This document shows positions 39,592 to 49,865 of a stretch of 64,000 nucleotides of DNA, piece after piece; the first letter of the stretch is position 1; each line of letters begins with the position of its first letter. The DNA is taken from assembly GCA_000002435.2 (NCBI GenBank), contig CM018791.1; one strand, given 5' to 3'. This DNA comes from Giardia intestinalis (taxonomy: Eukaryota). The notes beneath the pieces were generated by a model that was not told the DNA's origin, searched no databases, and was given only the letters and a program-made list of their open reading frames with translations. Made by a program: the position numbers and the translations under genes.

Positions 39592-41457
39592 TCAAATTTT
39601 AATTTTTGTTTTCCGATACCCTGACAGCATTTCGCTGAGGGTCTGGCAGACTTGTTCTGCGGTCATCCGCGCGTTCATATCCAGACAAAGTAAATTGGTG
39701 ATCAAATCCACCACCCTATCAGACGGATTGCACACATAACAGGTCCCTGAACACAGATCTGCCCGTGCCCTGTCCATCAGCGAACCTCTTCCCGGTATCT
39801 CTGCGAAGTTGTTGGGAGCCAGAAATAAATTAATGTTCCCGACAAAGCATGCAAATGCTACAACCCCATAGGAGTACATATCGCTTGCTGGGCCGAAAAC
39901 CCCCTGCAGAAGTTTTTCGGGAGCAGTAAAGGGCTTTGTCCCTGCTAGAGAGGTGACCATCTGAACTTCTTTCTTGTCCGCCAGCGGCTTCACAAGGGTA
40001 AAATCGCTCAGTTTCCAGACACCCCCCTCTGCGAGGAGAATATTGCGCAATGAAATGTCGTTATGTGTGATTGGAGAATCTAATGTATGCAAATATTTAA
40101 GGGCTTCTGCAATCTGGAGTAGTATTGTTAGGAGCTCATGCTCTGTTCGTGCCTGCTTGTCGCTGCGGCAAAGGAGGGCAAGAAAATCATGCAGATCACC
40201 ACCTTCGCACAGCTCCATGGAAAGTGCAATTTCATTGTATGGTTCGTAAGCCGGATTGAGAACGATGCGCCCAGTGGTTGAATTCACAAAGATCGGGTCA
40301 GAATTCAGCTGGACGATGTTAGGATGCTTCAAGTGATGATATATTGCCGCTTCTCTGTTAAGGAACAGCCACCGCTTGGTCTCTGCTATGTGTTCATCTC
40401 CTTCCAGTGAAGTCTCTTTACGGGATATCTTCAGTGCAACAATCTGTGCTGTGCTCAAATCCATTGCCTTATAAACGGTGGAAAACCCGCCAGACCCCAA
40501 TTTCTTCATCAATATATATCGGGGACGAACAGTGGATGCCACCGGCGGGAGCTTTACCGTCTGGTAGTTCCGCACAGTCACGTCTGCATTCATCGGAAAG
40601 AGTACTGGAAGAGATTCGTTGTTATAGTAGTTGCTTAGACAATACGTCGAAACCTGGCGCCTGATCACACCATCCTCTTCAGCTTGGAGGTTGATTACAT
40701 CCAACTCAGTCAGCAAGGACCTGCACTCTATGGCAGCAGCATTATACTGAGCCGTGTATGTAGCCCTATCCTTTGGACTTAGCCTTCCTTTGAGCCGCCC
40801 CTCCAAGTCTGCAATCCGCTCTTTTAGTTGCTTGAGCGCGTGCTGCTTCTCATAATGGGCGACGGAATACACAGCACTCGTTTGCTTCTGTAGCGCCCGT
40901 GGCGGGGCGAACATCCTATTAGCATCGTACCTAAGCATGAGATACTTACGCTCAAGACCAGCCAGTTCAAGACCCAGAGAAATATGATTGCGATACAGCC
41001 TATCATGCGAGTCTGCGGGATGTGGTGGAGGTGGTGTTTGGTTTGCTTGGAAGGACCCTGACGAATAAACAGGGTTGGCAGCAGAGGCTCCTCCCAAGAC
41101 GGGTAACTGAGCTGTCTTTGTGAAAGGAGCTTTTTGGGCAGTCTCTTGGTGAAAGATTTTACTTGGAGAGCTACGGCTTGCCTGTGGCGTCTTCTGGTCT
41201 AGCTGTCCTGACTGCACGGGTGTGCTAGTAAGGCTTGTAGGGACCTCTTCTGTCTCTGGAAGCTTGTTTTCCCTAGCATCTAGCATAAGCTGAACGATCT
41301 TCTCCTCTGTCCATAGATTTGGAAAGCGCTTGGCGATGTTCTTTGCCAACTCTTCAATGGTCGCGTTAGAAGCGGTAAGATCCATAGCTTTAATGGCTCT
41401 AATTGCCTGTATTTTTCGGTGTCTAACCGAGCCTGTCACCACTGCGCCGTCGGGCAT
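39592..41457 (-). CDS. Protein kinase-like protein with divergent catalytic motifs and an N-terminal coiled-coil extension
   Basis: Motifs: GSGGFSTVYKA, VALKI, HPNIVQL, HNDISLRNILL in place of HRDLKPxN, DFT in place of DFG, APE, and DMYSYG. The track start at 41517 is TTG; I chose ATG 41457, which has cttaaaaatcag about 30 bp upstream. Confidence 0.75.
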   Translation of the reverse strand: MPDGAVVTGSVRHRKIQAIRAIKAMDLTASNATIEELAKNIAKRFPNLWTEEKIVQLMLDARENKLPETEEVPTSLTSTPVQSGQLDQKTPQASRSSPSKIFHQETAQKAPFTKTAQLPVLGGASAANPVYSSGSFQANQTPPPPHPADSHDRLYRNHISLGLELAGLERKYLMLRYDANRMFAPPRALQKQTSAVYSVAHYEKQHALKQLKERIADLEGRLKGRLSPKDRATYTAQYNAAAIECRSLLTELDVINLQAEEDGVIRRQVSTYCLSNYYNNESLPVLFPMNADVTVRNYQTVKLPPVASTVRPRYILMKKLGSGGFSTVYKAMDLSTAQIVALKISRKETSLEGDEHIAETKRWLFLNREAAIYHHLKHPNIVQLNSDPIFVNSTTGRIVLNPAYEPYNEIALSMELCEGGDLHDFLALLCRSDKQARTEHELLTILLQIAEALKYLHTLDSPITHNDISLRNILLAEGGVWKLSDFTLVKPLADKKEVQMVTSLAGTKPFTAPEKLLQGVFGPASDMYSYGVVAFACFVGNINLFLAPNNFAEIPGRGSLMDRARADLCSGTCYVCNPSDRVVDLITNLLCLDMNARMTAEQVCQTLSEMLSGYRKTKIKI

Positions 41458-41535
41458 GTGTGGCACCGGCTCTTGCTCTAATCTGATTTTTAAGAGCACG
41501 CCAGAGCATTTACACAACGCTTCCTGCGGGCCTAC

Positions 41536-42183
41536 TTAAGGAAGAAACGGGGGATAAAGGTGGATTCGTCTAAGTCTGTGACGGACCACAAAAAGGGCCG
41601 TCGCACAGAATGCCAGAAAGAGGCCCCTGACAATCCGTTTATCTCTTCGCTCGATTTTATCAATCTCCGAAATGCACCGACGGCCCTCTACAGTTGCCAT
41701 GGCAATGCTATCGTGGCTCTGTGAGACACTGCGAAGAACGTCCGTCGACGCCTGGAGCGCCCGCAGACAGTCCTCACTTCGCGTGGCCTCTTGGGAGAGA
41801 ATTCTATAGACGTTCTCCAGACGCGATATTACATCAACGTTTGTGCGCACCCGTTCGTTATCCTCTAGATTTGCTTGTCTCTTACTGTGCTTCATGGCCA
41901 TGTTCTGGGCCTTTACATCTGCCACAAACTTCGCTCTTAGAGCATCCAAGTCATTTTGAAGGGTGTCTGCACTGACTTGGTAGATCGAAATAGCTCTGCT
42001 CTCGGCCGGATACATTGCAGAGAAGTCAGCTATAAGCAGTCCTACCTGTTCCAGCTGCTGTCGCATGCGCTCTATGCGCGCAAGAACTTGTTGCTCTGGA
42101 AGATTAAGGATATCCATCGACTGCAGAGCCGCATACTCACAGGAGACATCGTCTAGAGCAGCCCGAATCAGCTGAGCATTCAT
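41536..42183 (-). CDS. Tail-anchored coiled-coil protein, possibly SNARE-like (Sec20/Use1 type)
   Basis: 215 aa. Helical heptad regions are followed by a single C-terminal TM segment (IVRGLFLAFCATALFVV) close to the stop. The functional family assignment is tentative. Confidence 0.6.
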   Translation of the reverse strand: MNAQLIRAALDDVSCEYAALQSMDILNLPEQQVLARIERMRQQLEQVGLLIADFSAMYPAESRAISIYQVSADTLQNDLDALRAKFVADVKAQNMAMKHSKRQANLEDNERVRTNVDVISRLENVYRILSQEATRSEDCLRALQASTDVLRSVSQSHDSIAMATVEGRRCISEIDKIERRDKRIVRGLFLAFCATALFVVRHRLRRIHLYPPFLP

Positions 42184-42191
42184 AGTTCTTA

Positions 42192-43718
42192 TTAATTTAC
42201 AGATTGTACGTCAGACTTTCGACGCACAGTTTTCCCGGTGAGCGTGAATAGCTCAAACACGTACTCTGTGAGCACAGCCTTTTCAACCTCTTCAGGGGTC
42301 TTTTGCTTGAGCTCTGGAAGGGAGAACCAGCAAAGAACGGTGCTAACAAGACCCACGCAAAAATACAAGAAGAACGTGATGTAGAGGATGTCGAGGGTAT
42401 ACGGGAATGAAATCATGACCACTATGGATATGATGCGAAAGATGAGAAACGTGAAGCTCATGAGTCGTATCCGGATCCGCTGGGGAAAGCTCTCTCCGCA
42501 GACGGTGAAAATAAGGGGACCTATCGAGAAGTTGAAAGCAAGAAAATAGAGAAATATAGAGACTAGCAGTAATACAGTAGTAACTGTTTGATTGGTTATG
42601 AGGTAAGAGGTCATCAGGAGAATCAGAGAGAAGAGAATGATAGGCATCCCAATAAAGATCAGGTATCTGCGCCCTTTCTGCTCTACTAAAGGGATTGCGA
42701 TGATACCAGCTAACACGCACCACAAAGCAAGAAGGGCCGCGCCGACAACGTCGCTGTCAGGAAAGCTAAGCTGTTTGAAAATGGACCCAGCGTACAAGAG
42801 AATGGCATTAACGCCCACTCCTTGCTGCATGAGGGGCATGCACACAGAGATAAAAACGCAACGACGGTAGATACGGTTGCAGAATATCTCTTTTAAAGGG
42901 ACTGGAGAATCGCTACTCTGGCTTGATGGATTGGTCGCAGACCTAGCCCCATTCTCCACTACAGTCAGAATAGTAGCGCGGGACACTCCACTGATGTCTG
43001 TACACGACGATGACGCTGGGACAGTCGTCTGACTCATTTCTATGAAAGACGACTGTTGCGGATGCGGATGTGGATGTGGATGCTGTTGCTCGTGATCGGG
43101 CAATGCGCTCAGAGGAAGCTCCTTGATTGGGATGGCAAGTACGAACACAACGATGCAGCTGAGGATGGTGAAGCCAGTAGGAACTTGCCACGTAGATGGC
43201 CAATGCTTGACAATAATGACAAGCAGATAGACGAAAAACGTCCCCAAGGAGTTTCCTAGTTGGAGACAGGACGTAAGGCGACCACGAATTTCGCTAGGAG
43301 ATAGCTCAGATATCCACGCTGGAAAAACGATGAGGAACGAGGTCGACGGAACCCCAACAAGAAATCGCATGATTATGAGATACAAGTAGTTCACGGGGAT
43401 AAGTGTCAGCCCGAGAAGGCCGGCCACTAGCACAGCAAAAAGCATGCAAGCAGCCTTGCGCCCTATTCTGTTGACGATTGGGGCTGTAATGAAGATGCTT
43501 GCGAAAGATCCGATGACGATACTTGATGTAAGAAATGAAAAGATGGTCCGGTTACGCGCATCGGTCCCGTCAGGATCGAAGCCCCCAGTAATCTGCGCGT
43601 ATGCACGTAGGACTGTGAGAGGAACATTGGCCAGTACAGACCCGATGTTGAAGCCACCGGCCAATATGAGGAACACAAGAAGCACTATCTGTGTTCTATT
43701 TCGTGTTTGATGAGACAT
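42192..43718 (-). CDS. Major facilitator superfamily transporter (sugar-porter-like)
   Basis: About 12 predicted TM helices. MFS loop motif NRIGRK between TM2 and TM3, plus PAWISELSPSEIRGRL. The central cytoplasmic loop contains a His/Pro repeat (HEQQHPHPHPHPQQ). Confidence 0.85.
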   Translation of the reverse strand: MSHQTRNRTQIVLLVFLILAGGFNIGSVLANVPLTVLRAYAQITGGFDPDGTDARNRTIFSFLTSSIVIGSFASIFITAPIVNRIGRKAACMLFAVLVAGLLGLTLIPVNYLYLIIMRFLVGVPSTSFLIVFPAWISELSPSEIRGRLTSCLQLGNSLGTFFVYLLVIIVKHWPSTWQVPTGFTILSCIVVFVLAIPIKELPLSALPDHEQQHPHPHPHPQQSSFIEMSQTTVPASSSCTDISGVSRATILTVVENGARSATNPSSQSSDSPVPLKEIFCNRIYRRCVFISVCMPLMQQGVGVNAILLYAGSIFKQLSFPDSDVVGAALLALWCVLAGIIAIPLVEQKGRRYLIFIGMPIILFSLILLMTSYLITNQTVTTVLLLVSIFLYFLAFNFSIGPLIFTVCGESFPQRIRIRLMSFTFLIFRIISIVVMISFPYTLDILYITFFLYFCVGLVSTVLCWFSLPELKQKTPEEVEKAVLTEYVFELFTLTGKTVRRKSDVQSVN

Positions 43719-43952
43719 TTAGCCGGTGGAAGATAGACTACTGACAAGCTTTAGTCCGGAGACACTCTGGTTTGGGCAGCCAATAATTTTTTAGCTGAGG
43801 ACAGCTCTGCCAGACTCTGACCCGGCTGTGGAGCTAATTATACTGGACCTGGTCAGACTGGCTACAGAGGAGGGCGTGCCGTTCCCTGCTTTTTGTTCTT
43901 TTTGAACCGGCTCAGGGGTTTTTATCACATTTTAATCTAAAATTCCAGTGTT

Positions 43953-45428
43953 ATGGGATCGTCCTCTGGCGCTCAGGGAAAGACTAAGGGGTCGTCCATC
44001 CAGGCGTACAGGAGTATCAAGATTAAGGGTGTCGTGTACAATGTCTGGCTGCGCTTTAAAACGGGGGATTTCTCTGTCCATCTTGAGAATGATGAAACTG
44101 GAGAACACTGGTTCAACGCGTTCACGCCTGAATATATAGATGAAATGACACGCAAAACGGGAAACCAACGGCGCTATGACGTATTCACAAGTATGCTGAC
44201 CTCGGCTTTGGAGAAGACAAGCTCTCGTCGGCCGAACAGTCAAACTCCTTTGGACTTAAGTCTCGATTTGCTCTTTGTGGAGGATCTCGAGCGCATGAGG
44301 GATGCGAATGGTGGGGCACACAGCGACTCTGTTGATGCAACGATCCAATCGGCTGCCAACAAGTCGCGTTGCTTCCTCATCGTGGCATACGCAGTAGAGT
44401 TTGAGCGCACCTTCTACCCTCTTCCGCTCAACAAGTCCGGACCACCGAGCACAAACCTCGAGGAATGGCTCTTATTTGCATATCGGCATACGAAGGAGCA
44501 AGCAAGACGGATGATGGAGGAAAGCAGTCTGAACGAAGGGATAGTCAGCATGAGTGGGACAGATACCCAGAAGCTTCGGACAGAGCTTAAAAAGCAGAAG
44601 GAGATAATATTTTCTCTGGAAAAGGAGCGGAACAAGGCTTTGGAAGTTTCAAAGAAACTACTAACGGAAAACAACATACTAAAGGAGCAGCTAACTCACA
44701 TCAAGGATTCTATCGTGTCCAGAACCGCCAGCAATGGAAGATCGCTAAGCCGTGACCTATCAGGTAGAACGTTGAAATCTGAATCTGCCAACACGAGGTC
44801 AACTAGACCCTATGCGGAACAGTCACACAAGAGTAGGAGCCAACGATACTACAGAGAGGGAGAGACAAGTAGACCTCCCTCGCAAACTCATTCTCGTGCA
44901 TCGAGTCGGTCTGCGAGCAATACTGCCAAAAGATCAACATCTCGTCACGTCTCAGAACAGCCTTCCCCTGCTGTGGCATCTGGGTACCTCAACCTCTCCC
45001 ATGCACGGTCACGCAGTGCATCGATTGGCAACTCGCAAACATTACGTGGATCCTATACCAGCTCGATGAGCGCTTCGCTAAACCCATTCAAGCGTACCAC
45101 ATCCACAATCTATTCTAATAGTGCGTCAGAGTTTGATGAAGGCCTCTCACAGCAGCTTGTTGAGAAGGCTAGAAGGTCTAGCAGCCGGAGCTCTGAAGGC
45201 CGCCGAAGAAAGCGGTCGTCTTCGTCACACAGGAACAGAGATTCTGTGGTTCTAGACGATTACAATGATAGAGGAAGCGGGCATCACGGATCTAGCTCCA
45301 GCAGGACTCGAACACAGAGAAGCGCTCAATATGAGGAGCCTCAAGACGATAGACACAGATCCGGAAGTGGTAGGAGGAAACACAGGAAAGAGCACTCTGG
45401 TGCATCTAGATCTGAAAAATATTATTAG
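43953..45428 (+). CDS. CCDC61: CCDC61/VFL3-like basal-body protein with a Ser/Arg-rich C-terminal half
   Basis: The N-terminal ~170 aa match my recollection of the CCDC61 head domain (…FTPEYIDEMTRKTGNQRRYDVFTSMLTSAL…LDLLFVEDLE…CFLIVAYAVEFERTFYPLPL). A coiled coil and an S/R-rich tail follow. Confidence 0.7.
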   Translation: MGSSSGAQGKTKGSSIQAYRSIKIKGVVYNVWLRFKTGDFSVHLENDETGEHWFNAFTPEYIDEMTRKTGNQRRYDVFTSMLTSALEKTSSRRPNSQTPLDLSLDLLFVEDLERMRDANGGAHSDSVDATIQSAANKSRCFLIVAYAVEFERTFYPLPLNKSGPPSTNLEEWLLFAYRHTKEQARRMMEESSLNEGIVSMSGTDTQKLRTELKKQKEIIFSLEKERNKALEVSKKLLTENNILKEQLTHIKDSIVSRTASNGRSLSRDLSGRTLKSESANTRSTRPYAEQSHKSRSQRYYREGETSRPPSQTHSRASSRSASNTAKRSTSRHVSEQPSPAVASGYLNLSHARSRSASIGNSQTLRGSYTSSMSASLNPFKRTTSTIYSNSASEFDEGLSQQLVEKARRSSSRSSEGRRRKRSSSSHRNRDSVVLDDYNDRGSGHHGSSSSRTRTQRSAQYEEPQDDRHRSGSGRRKHRKEHSGASRSEKYY

Positions 45429-45448
45429 ACCCTACCTTGTAAATCATC

Positions 45449-48400
45449 TCATCCGTTGGGGGGCGCTAACATGAGTATTTCGGTATTAGCCTTTCTTAGG
45501 TCTGAGATCATGCGATTGAGCTTGTGTACTTCAAGTTCCTTTGCGCGCAGATTGGCCTGCAGTATCTCTACCGTGGTCGTTGCAGCGATGTAGTTCTGAA
45601 CAGAGAGCCCCGATACGATTCTCGAATCTCTGCCCGAAAGGTCTCTAATAGTTTGGAATAATTGGCTAATAACTGTCTCATAAGCATCGCTTATTTCTCG
45701 ATGCTGCTCTACGCCGTTTAGAAAAGTTCCATTGACATCCCTGACGACAACTCGGATCTCTGGATGGCCTAGCATCTGCTCCAACTGTGCACAGGTCAGC
45801 AGATGGCGGTTTTTCATGTCCTCGTAACTCTGTTGCAGCCTCTCTAGGTCGTTAGTAAGCTCTCTGCATGTACTCTCCAAGCGGGTGACGTACAGTCCAG
45901 GGGAGCCGTTATATTCTGGCGGAACATGGATGCCCTCAATGATCTGCTTTAAGCGCGCAAGATCACGGGTAATGTTGGCACCATCAGAGTCACTGCAGTG
46001 ATCCTTGAGAGCCTTGATTTGCTGCTCTGACTTCGAGAGCTCCTGGCGCAGATGTGCATTCTCTAGCACAAGCTTCACATGAGCGTCATCAACTGCTTTA
46101 GATGTTGTGCCACGAGGTGCGAGAGCACCAAGAACGGCACACGGCGAGGTCTGCAACTGTTTGTTAGACTGATCTGTCTTCAGAGGGTGTGCAAGCATGA
46201 CAAGTCTCTCGTTATCTTCCTCGAGCTCTTTGATACGGGCCTGCAAGCCTAGCACTTCGTCATGGAGAGTCAGCTGGAGGCTTTGAAGTTCCTGCTGCTG
46301 ACCTGCAATTATAGCGGCTTGATCAGCACCTCTATTCTGTAATTCTGTACACATTTCTTGCAGTCTGCTGCAGTCGTCAGAAGCTCGCTGCATGCTCTCT
46401 AATGTCTCCCTGAGTCGCAGCTCGGCTACCTCGGCACGAGTCGTTATTGCCTTATTCTCCTCTAGACTCGCTTTGTGCTCCGATTCCAAACATTGAAGAC
46501 GCTTCTCGAGATTCAGCGCATTACACACGAGTGCGTTTTCATCATCTGTCTTAAGTGTACGAAGCTGTGTAATGATGGCTTCTAAATCCTTCTTCTCAGC
46601 GTACATAGCCTGGAATTGCTTATCAGATGAATCTTTGAGCTTTTCAAGTGCAGCCCTAAGAGATGCTGCTTCCTCCTCAAGGAGACGATGCTCTTCCAGG
46701 CTAACTGTTGTCTTGAGATGCTCCTTAAGCGCCTCGCTTGTCTTTCGTTTGAAGTCGCGAAGTTCGTCTGTGAGCTTTGTGTTGGCTCTTGAAAGCCTTT
46801 CATTCTCAGCTCGCATCCTCCAAACCTCTTGAGTAAGGGCCACGTGGGCCTGCTGTATTTCGTTTGCCTTCTGAAGTGTTACCTCTGACTCTCGTTGCTT
46901 TTCCTCTAAGGACAAGATTTTCTGTTGCATAGACACCGTGGAAAGCTGCTCGTCGCTTAGCTGCGTATACGTTGCATGCTGAGAGTAAGCATAGGCATGC
47001 AAAGTATCATACTTCTTCTGCAGTTCGACCGCCTCATTAACTGCCTTCTCCTTTTCTGCCGAGGTGTCAAGAAGCTCCTCGCTCAAAAGCCGAAGACGCT
47101 CCATCAGAGACACGTTTTCTGCTGCAAGATCTTGTGCCAAGTCATCCTTAACGACGGTCTCTCTTTCCAGGAAGTCGTGTTCCGTCTGAGTGGCTGACGA
47201 GACGGTCAGTGGCGGAGCTGGTGCTGTTTGTAATGCTTCAAGAGCGGTTTCCATAGACAGTAGCTCTCTGTTGAGACGTAAGTTTTCCTTTGTAAGTTCC
47301 TTAAGCTCATCGTTAGCCTTGGACAGCTCCTCTTTACATCTAGTGGTCTCCTGCAGGTAATCTAGGGCGTTATTTCGTGTGTCAACTAGTTGGTTCCGTA
47401 TTGCAAAGCAGTGCTCACGTTCCTGTGCAAGCTCTGCCTCTACTTTGGCAAGCGTCGCTTCTGTAGCTACAAGCTTGCTCATCGTAAGGTCGAGATCTCG
47501 AGCCGTAAGGGTTGACTGTATGTCGACGTTGGCAGCTGCTGTACATTGTGCGGCAGATTGCTGGATCTCAGTTTGAATTTCAGTTTGAATTGCCTTTTGG
47601 TCACATGCAGCCGCAACAGCCCTTGGAGTTTTTTCATTATAACCCAGATATGCATCAGTTTGTGTTGCACATTCTATACTAGCATGTGGAGCGGTTGTCT
47701 CTGTTGCAAGATGGGCCCGGGCTGCGGATGCTTCGTAGATAAAGAGCTTTCTCTCCAAGTCATTGACCTTTGCAACCAAAACATCGTTATCCTCTATAAT
47801 TGCCGAAATATTTCCTTGATTGAAAGACCGTTTAAGCTCTATGAGCATGCTTTTCAACTTCTTATTCTTTTCGCGAAGCTCACTATTCTGCTGCTCAAGC
47901 GCCTGCTGGTGGGATGCGTAATATATTTGCTGCAAATAGCTTGGTTGCGAAGAATGTGCTGATTCAACCGGTTCTCCTGTGTTCTGCTTTTTGGCTGGCA
48001 CCTGAAGATCTAAGGGGCATTCCATTAGCATATCTACCGAACCGCCTAGTGTAGTTGTCAAAGACTTGTCTTTGTCTCCATTACTACTGGCGTGGCGTGG
48101 GGGTATAATGAGGCTGTGCTGGCCGCTAACGGTGATGGTCGAAGAGCATGTCTTGCTAGCAGGCTTATGTAGTGCGGAGAGGACTGGGTTTATCGTGGAG
48201 CAATCTATAGACACTGTTTCCCCGCTATGCAATTCGTTTGCTGTGTCGATGGGCGCGGATACGGAAAGGTCTGGTAGTCGGTTAATGGGGATTGATTTCG
48301 AGCAGGGTACAACAACCGGCGAGCTCTGGCTTTCGTGTTGATCCGTTGACACACGGGTGAAGCTTTCCAATGCTGCTGTGACGTCTTCGAACCTCTCTCG

Positions 48401-49348
48401 CAGAGTGGCCATCTCTTGCTTCATGAGTTTATTGTCTCCAGTTATGGCCCAAAGAAGATTCTCAAGGGAGCTTTCGTTCTTTGTGTGGCGAAGTCGTCGC
48501 TTGATGGACGTAGCAGGCGAGGAAGAAGAGACAAAGCTGAGACGTCGGGGGCTGCATGCAGTAAGTGCCTTGGCCCGCCGCTTGCTACCAATTGTACTAC
48601 TCTTTACAAAGTGATACTTATGCTGCCGTCTGTAGAGATTGGTTAGTACACTTGCGTGGGCGGGATAGGGCCCCTTTGTGACAGATGCTATACTGGGTAT
48701 TCCGGCAACGGTGCTATTTAGGGCATGAGAGGAGGTAGACGCTGATCGCCCCTTGCAAGACGGTACCCTAGTCCCCGAAGGACCAGAGATAGATGCCCTC
48801 CTGCTGGAAGCAGAGTTGAGGGAGGTAGAGCGAGAGGAGACACTCTCTTGAATCTCTTCCAACATGGTGTAGGGCCTGTGCCGGAGTACATGCTTAGAGT
48901 CACGCTCTGCTGGCTTCTGCGAAGAAGGACGCTGGTGGCGGTCTGATGATCGAGGCCTTGCTATCTTCTTAGTATGGATAGTGAAAAGCTCCGGGGTGGC
49001 CTGCACACTCGTCAACGACGGCTGAACGGAAAAAGAAGACAGAGGGGGTGTCTGAAGACATGCCCTCAATCTGTCTATCTCTGCATTGGCAATCGCTAGC
49101 TTCTTTTCAAGGTCCACACTATGGACAAGAAGTGCCTGAGAGGCGCCCCGGAGGCACGAATATTTTGACAAAAGCATGGATACTGGAGCAGTGGATAAAT
49201 CCGAGTCGCTGTCCGAAAGAAGGGCCTGCATGTTCTTGATGGGATCCAATGTCATCTTAAAGAGAAACGAGTCTGCCGCGTCTCCAGCGCCCGTACTGCT
49301 GTCTGCAGCGCTAGGAACAGGATCTAACAAGACTCCAGAACCACACAT
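45449..49348 (-). CDS. Giant coiled-coil protein (1299 aa) with a Ser-rich N-terminal region
   Basis: Uninterrupted ORF with ATG at 49348. The C-terminal ~800 aa are heptad-rich. Contains an in-frame 12-nt tandem duplication (47568-47591, EIQTEIQT). Confidence 0.85.
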   Translation of the reverse strand: MCGSGVLLDPVPSAADSSTGAGDAADSFLFKMTLDPIKNMQALLSDSDSDLSTAPVSMLLSKYSCLRGASQALLVHSVDLEKKLAIANAEIDRLRACLQTPPLSSFSVQPSLTSVQATPELFTIHTKKIARPRSSDRHQRPSSQKPAERDSKHVLRHRPYTMLEEIQESVSSRSTSLNSASSRRASISGPSGTRVPSCKGRSASTSSHALNSTVAGIPSIASVTKGPYPAHASVLTNLYRRQHKYHFVKSSTIGSKRRAKALTACSPRRLSFVSSSSPATSIKRRLRHTKNESSLENLLWAITGDNKLMKQEMATLRERFEDVTAALESFTRVSTDQHESQSSPVVVPCSKSIPINRLPDLSVSAPIDTANELHSGETVSIDCSTINPVLSALHKPASKTCSSTITVSGQHSLIIPPRHASSNGDKDKSLTTTLGGSVDMLMECPLDLQVPAKKQNTGEPVESAHSSQPSYLQQIYYASHQQALEQQNSELREKNKKLKSMLIELKRSFNQGNISAIIEDNDVLVAKVNDLERKLFIYEASAARAHLATETTAPHASIECATQTDAYLGYNEKTPRAVAAACDQKAIQTEIQTEIQQSAAQCTAAANVDIQSTLTARDLDLTMSKLVATEATLAKVEAELAQEREHCFAIRNQLVDTRNNALDYLQETTRCKEELSKANDELKELTKENLRLNRELLSMETALEALQTAPAPPLTVSSATQTEHDFLERETVVKDDLAQDLAAENVSLMERLRLLSEELLDTSAEKEKAVNEAVELQKKYDTLHAYAYSQHATYTQLSDEQLSTVSMQQKILSLEEKQRESEVTLQKANEIQQAHVALTQEVWRMRAENERLSRANTKLTDELRDFKRKTSEALKEHLKTTVSLEEHRLLEEEAASLRAALEKLKDSSDKQFQAMYAEKKDLEAIITQLRTLKTDDENALVCNALNLEKRLQCLESEHKASLEENKAITTRAEVAELRLRETLESMQRASDDCSRLQEMCTELQNRGADQAAIIAGQQQELQSLQLTLHDEVLGLQARIKELEEDNERLVMLAHPLKTDQSNKQLQTSPCAVLGALAPRGTTSKAVDDAHVKLVLENAHLRQELSKSEQQIKALKDHCSDSDGANITRDLARLKQIIEGIHVPPEYNGSPGLYVTRLESTCRELTNDLERLQQSYEDMKNRHLLTCAQLEQMLGHPEIRVVVRDVNGTFLNGVEQHREISDAYETVISQLFQTIRDLSGRDSRIVSGLSVQNYIAATTTVEILQANLRAKELEVHKLNRMISDLRKANTEILMLAPPNG

Positions 49349-49437
49349 CCAAGCGGAAGGCCGTATATGTAGAAGTTAGTGCAAGATGTTAGTACAAGAT
49401 TTTACTTAAAAAGCTAAGGTTTATTTCGTTGGCCTTA

Positions 49438-49782
49438 ATGGAGTATGACAACACAGATTTCCTTATTGCGTTCATGGATACACACTCGAAGGACGCTGTA
49501 CGGCGACTACCAATTTCGCGTGTTCGCGCAATTTGCCGAACTGTCCCAACCATCACTCTCCTTTCTGCTGAGGCGCCCCTGCTGATCTCCAGACTTGCTG
49601 AGCTTTTTATTGCCGACGTTACAAATCAAAGCTACCAGATGGCTATTCGAAGTAACGCGACAACGGTCACAGAGGATGACGTCGCTCATGTTTTTAACGT
49701 CACCCCAGAGTACGACTTCCTAGCCATTCTTAGAGCGCTCCGGAAGAATACCAACGACTCTGCCTCTGAGAAAGAAGAGTGA
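49438..49782 (+). CDS. Histone-fold protein of the NF-YC / NC2-alpha (DRAP1) / Dpb3 type
   Basis: H2A-like histone-fold pattern: RRLPISRVRAICRTVPTITLLSAEAPLLISRLAELFIADVTNQSYQMAIRSNATTVTEDDVAHVF. The track start at 49429 is TTG; the first ATG is at 49438. Confidence 0.7.
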   Translation: MEYDNTDFLIAFMDTHSKDAVRRLPISRVRAICRTVPTITLLSAEAPLLISRLAELFIADVTNQSYQMAIRSNATTVTEDDVAHVFNVTPEYDFLAILRALRKNTNDSASEKEE

Positions 49783-49865
49783 ACTCCCCTGTGTGGCTCG
49801 ATGCTCCTTGTTTACTGACTGCACAGGATGCCAAGGCCCCGAAAGGACGAGGCGGTCCTGTTACA

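Noticed and set aside
43040-43085. Short gcggatg/tggatg repeats encoding HPHPHPHP in the MFS transporter loop
   Set aside because: This is a low-complexity His/Pro microsatellite within a cytoplasmic loop. It is possibly metal-binding but too short to treat as a separate feature.
47568-47591. 12-nt perfect tandem duplication (tcagtttgaatt x2)
   Set aside because: It is in frame within the coiled-coil gene (EIQTEIQT). This is a trivial slippage duplication and not a regulatory repeat.
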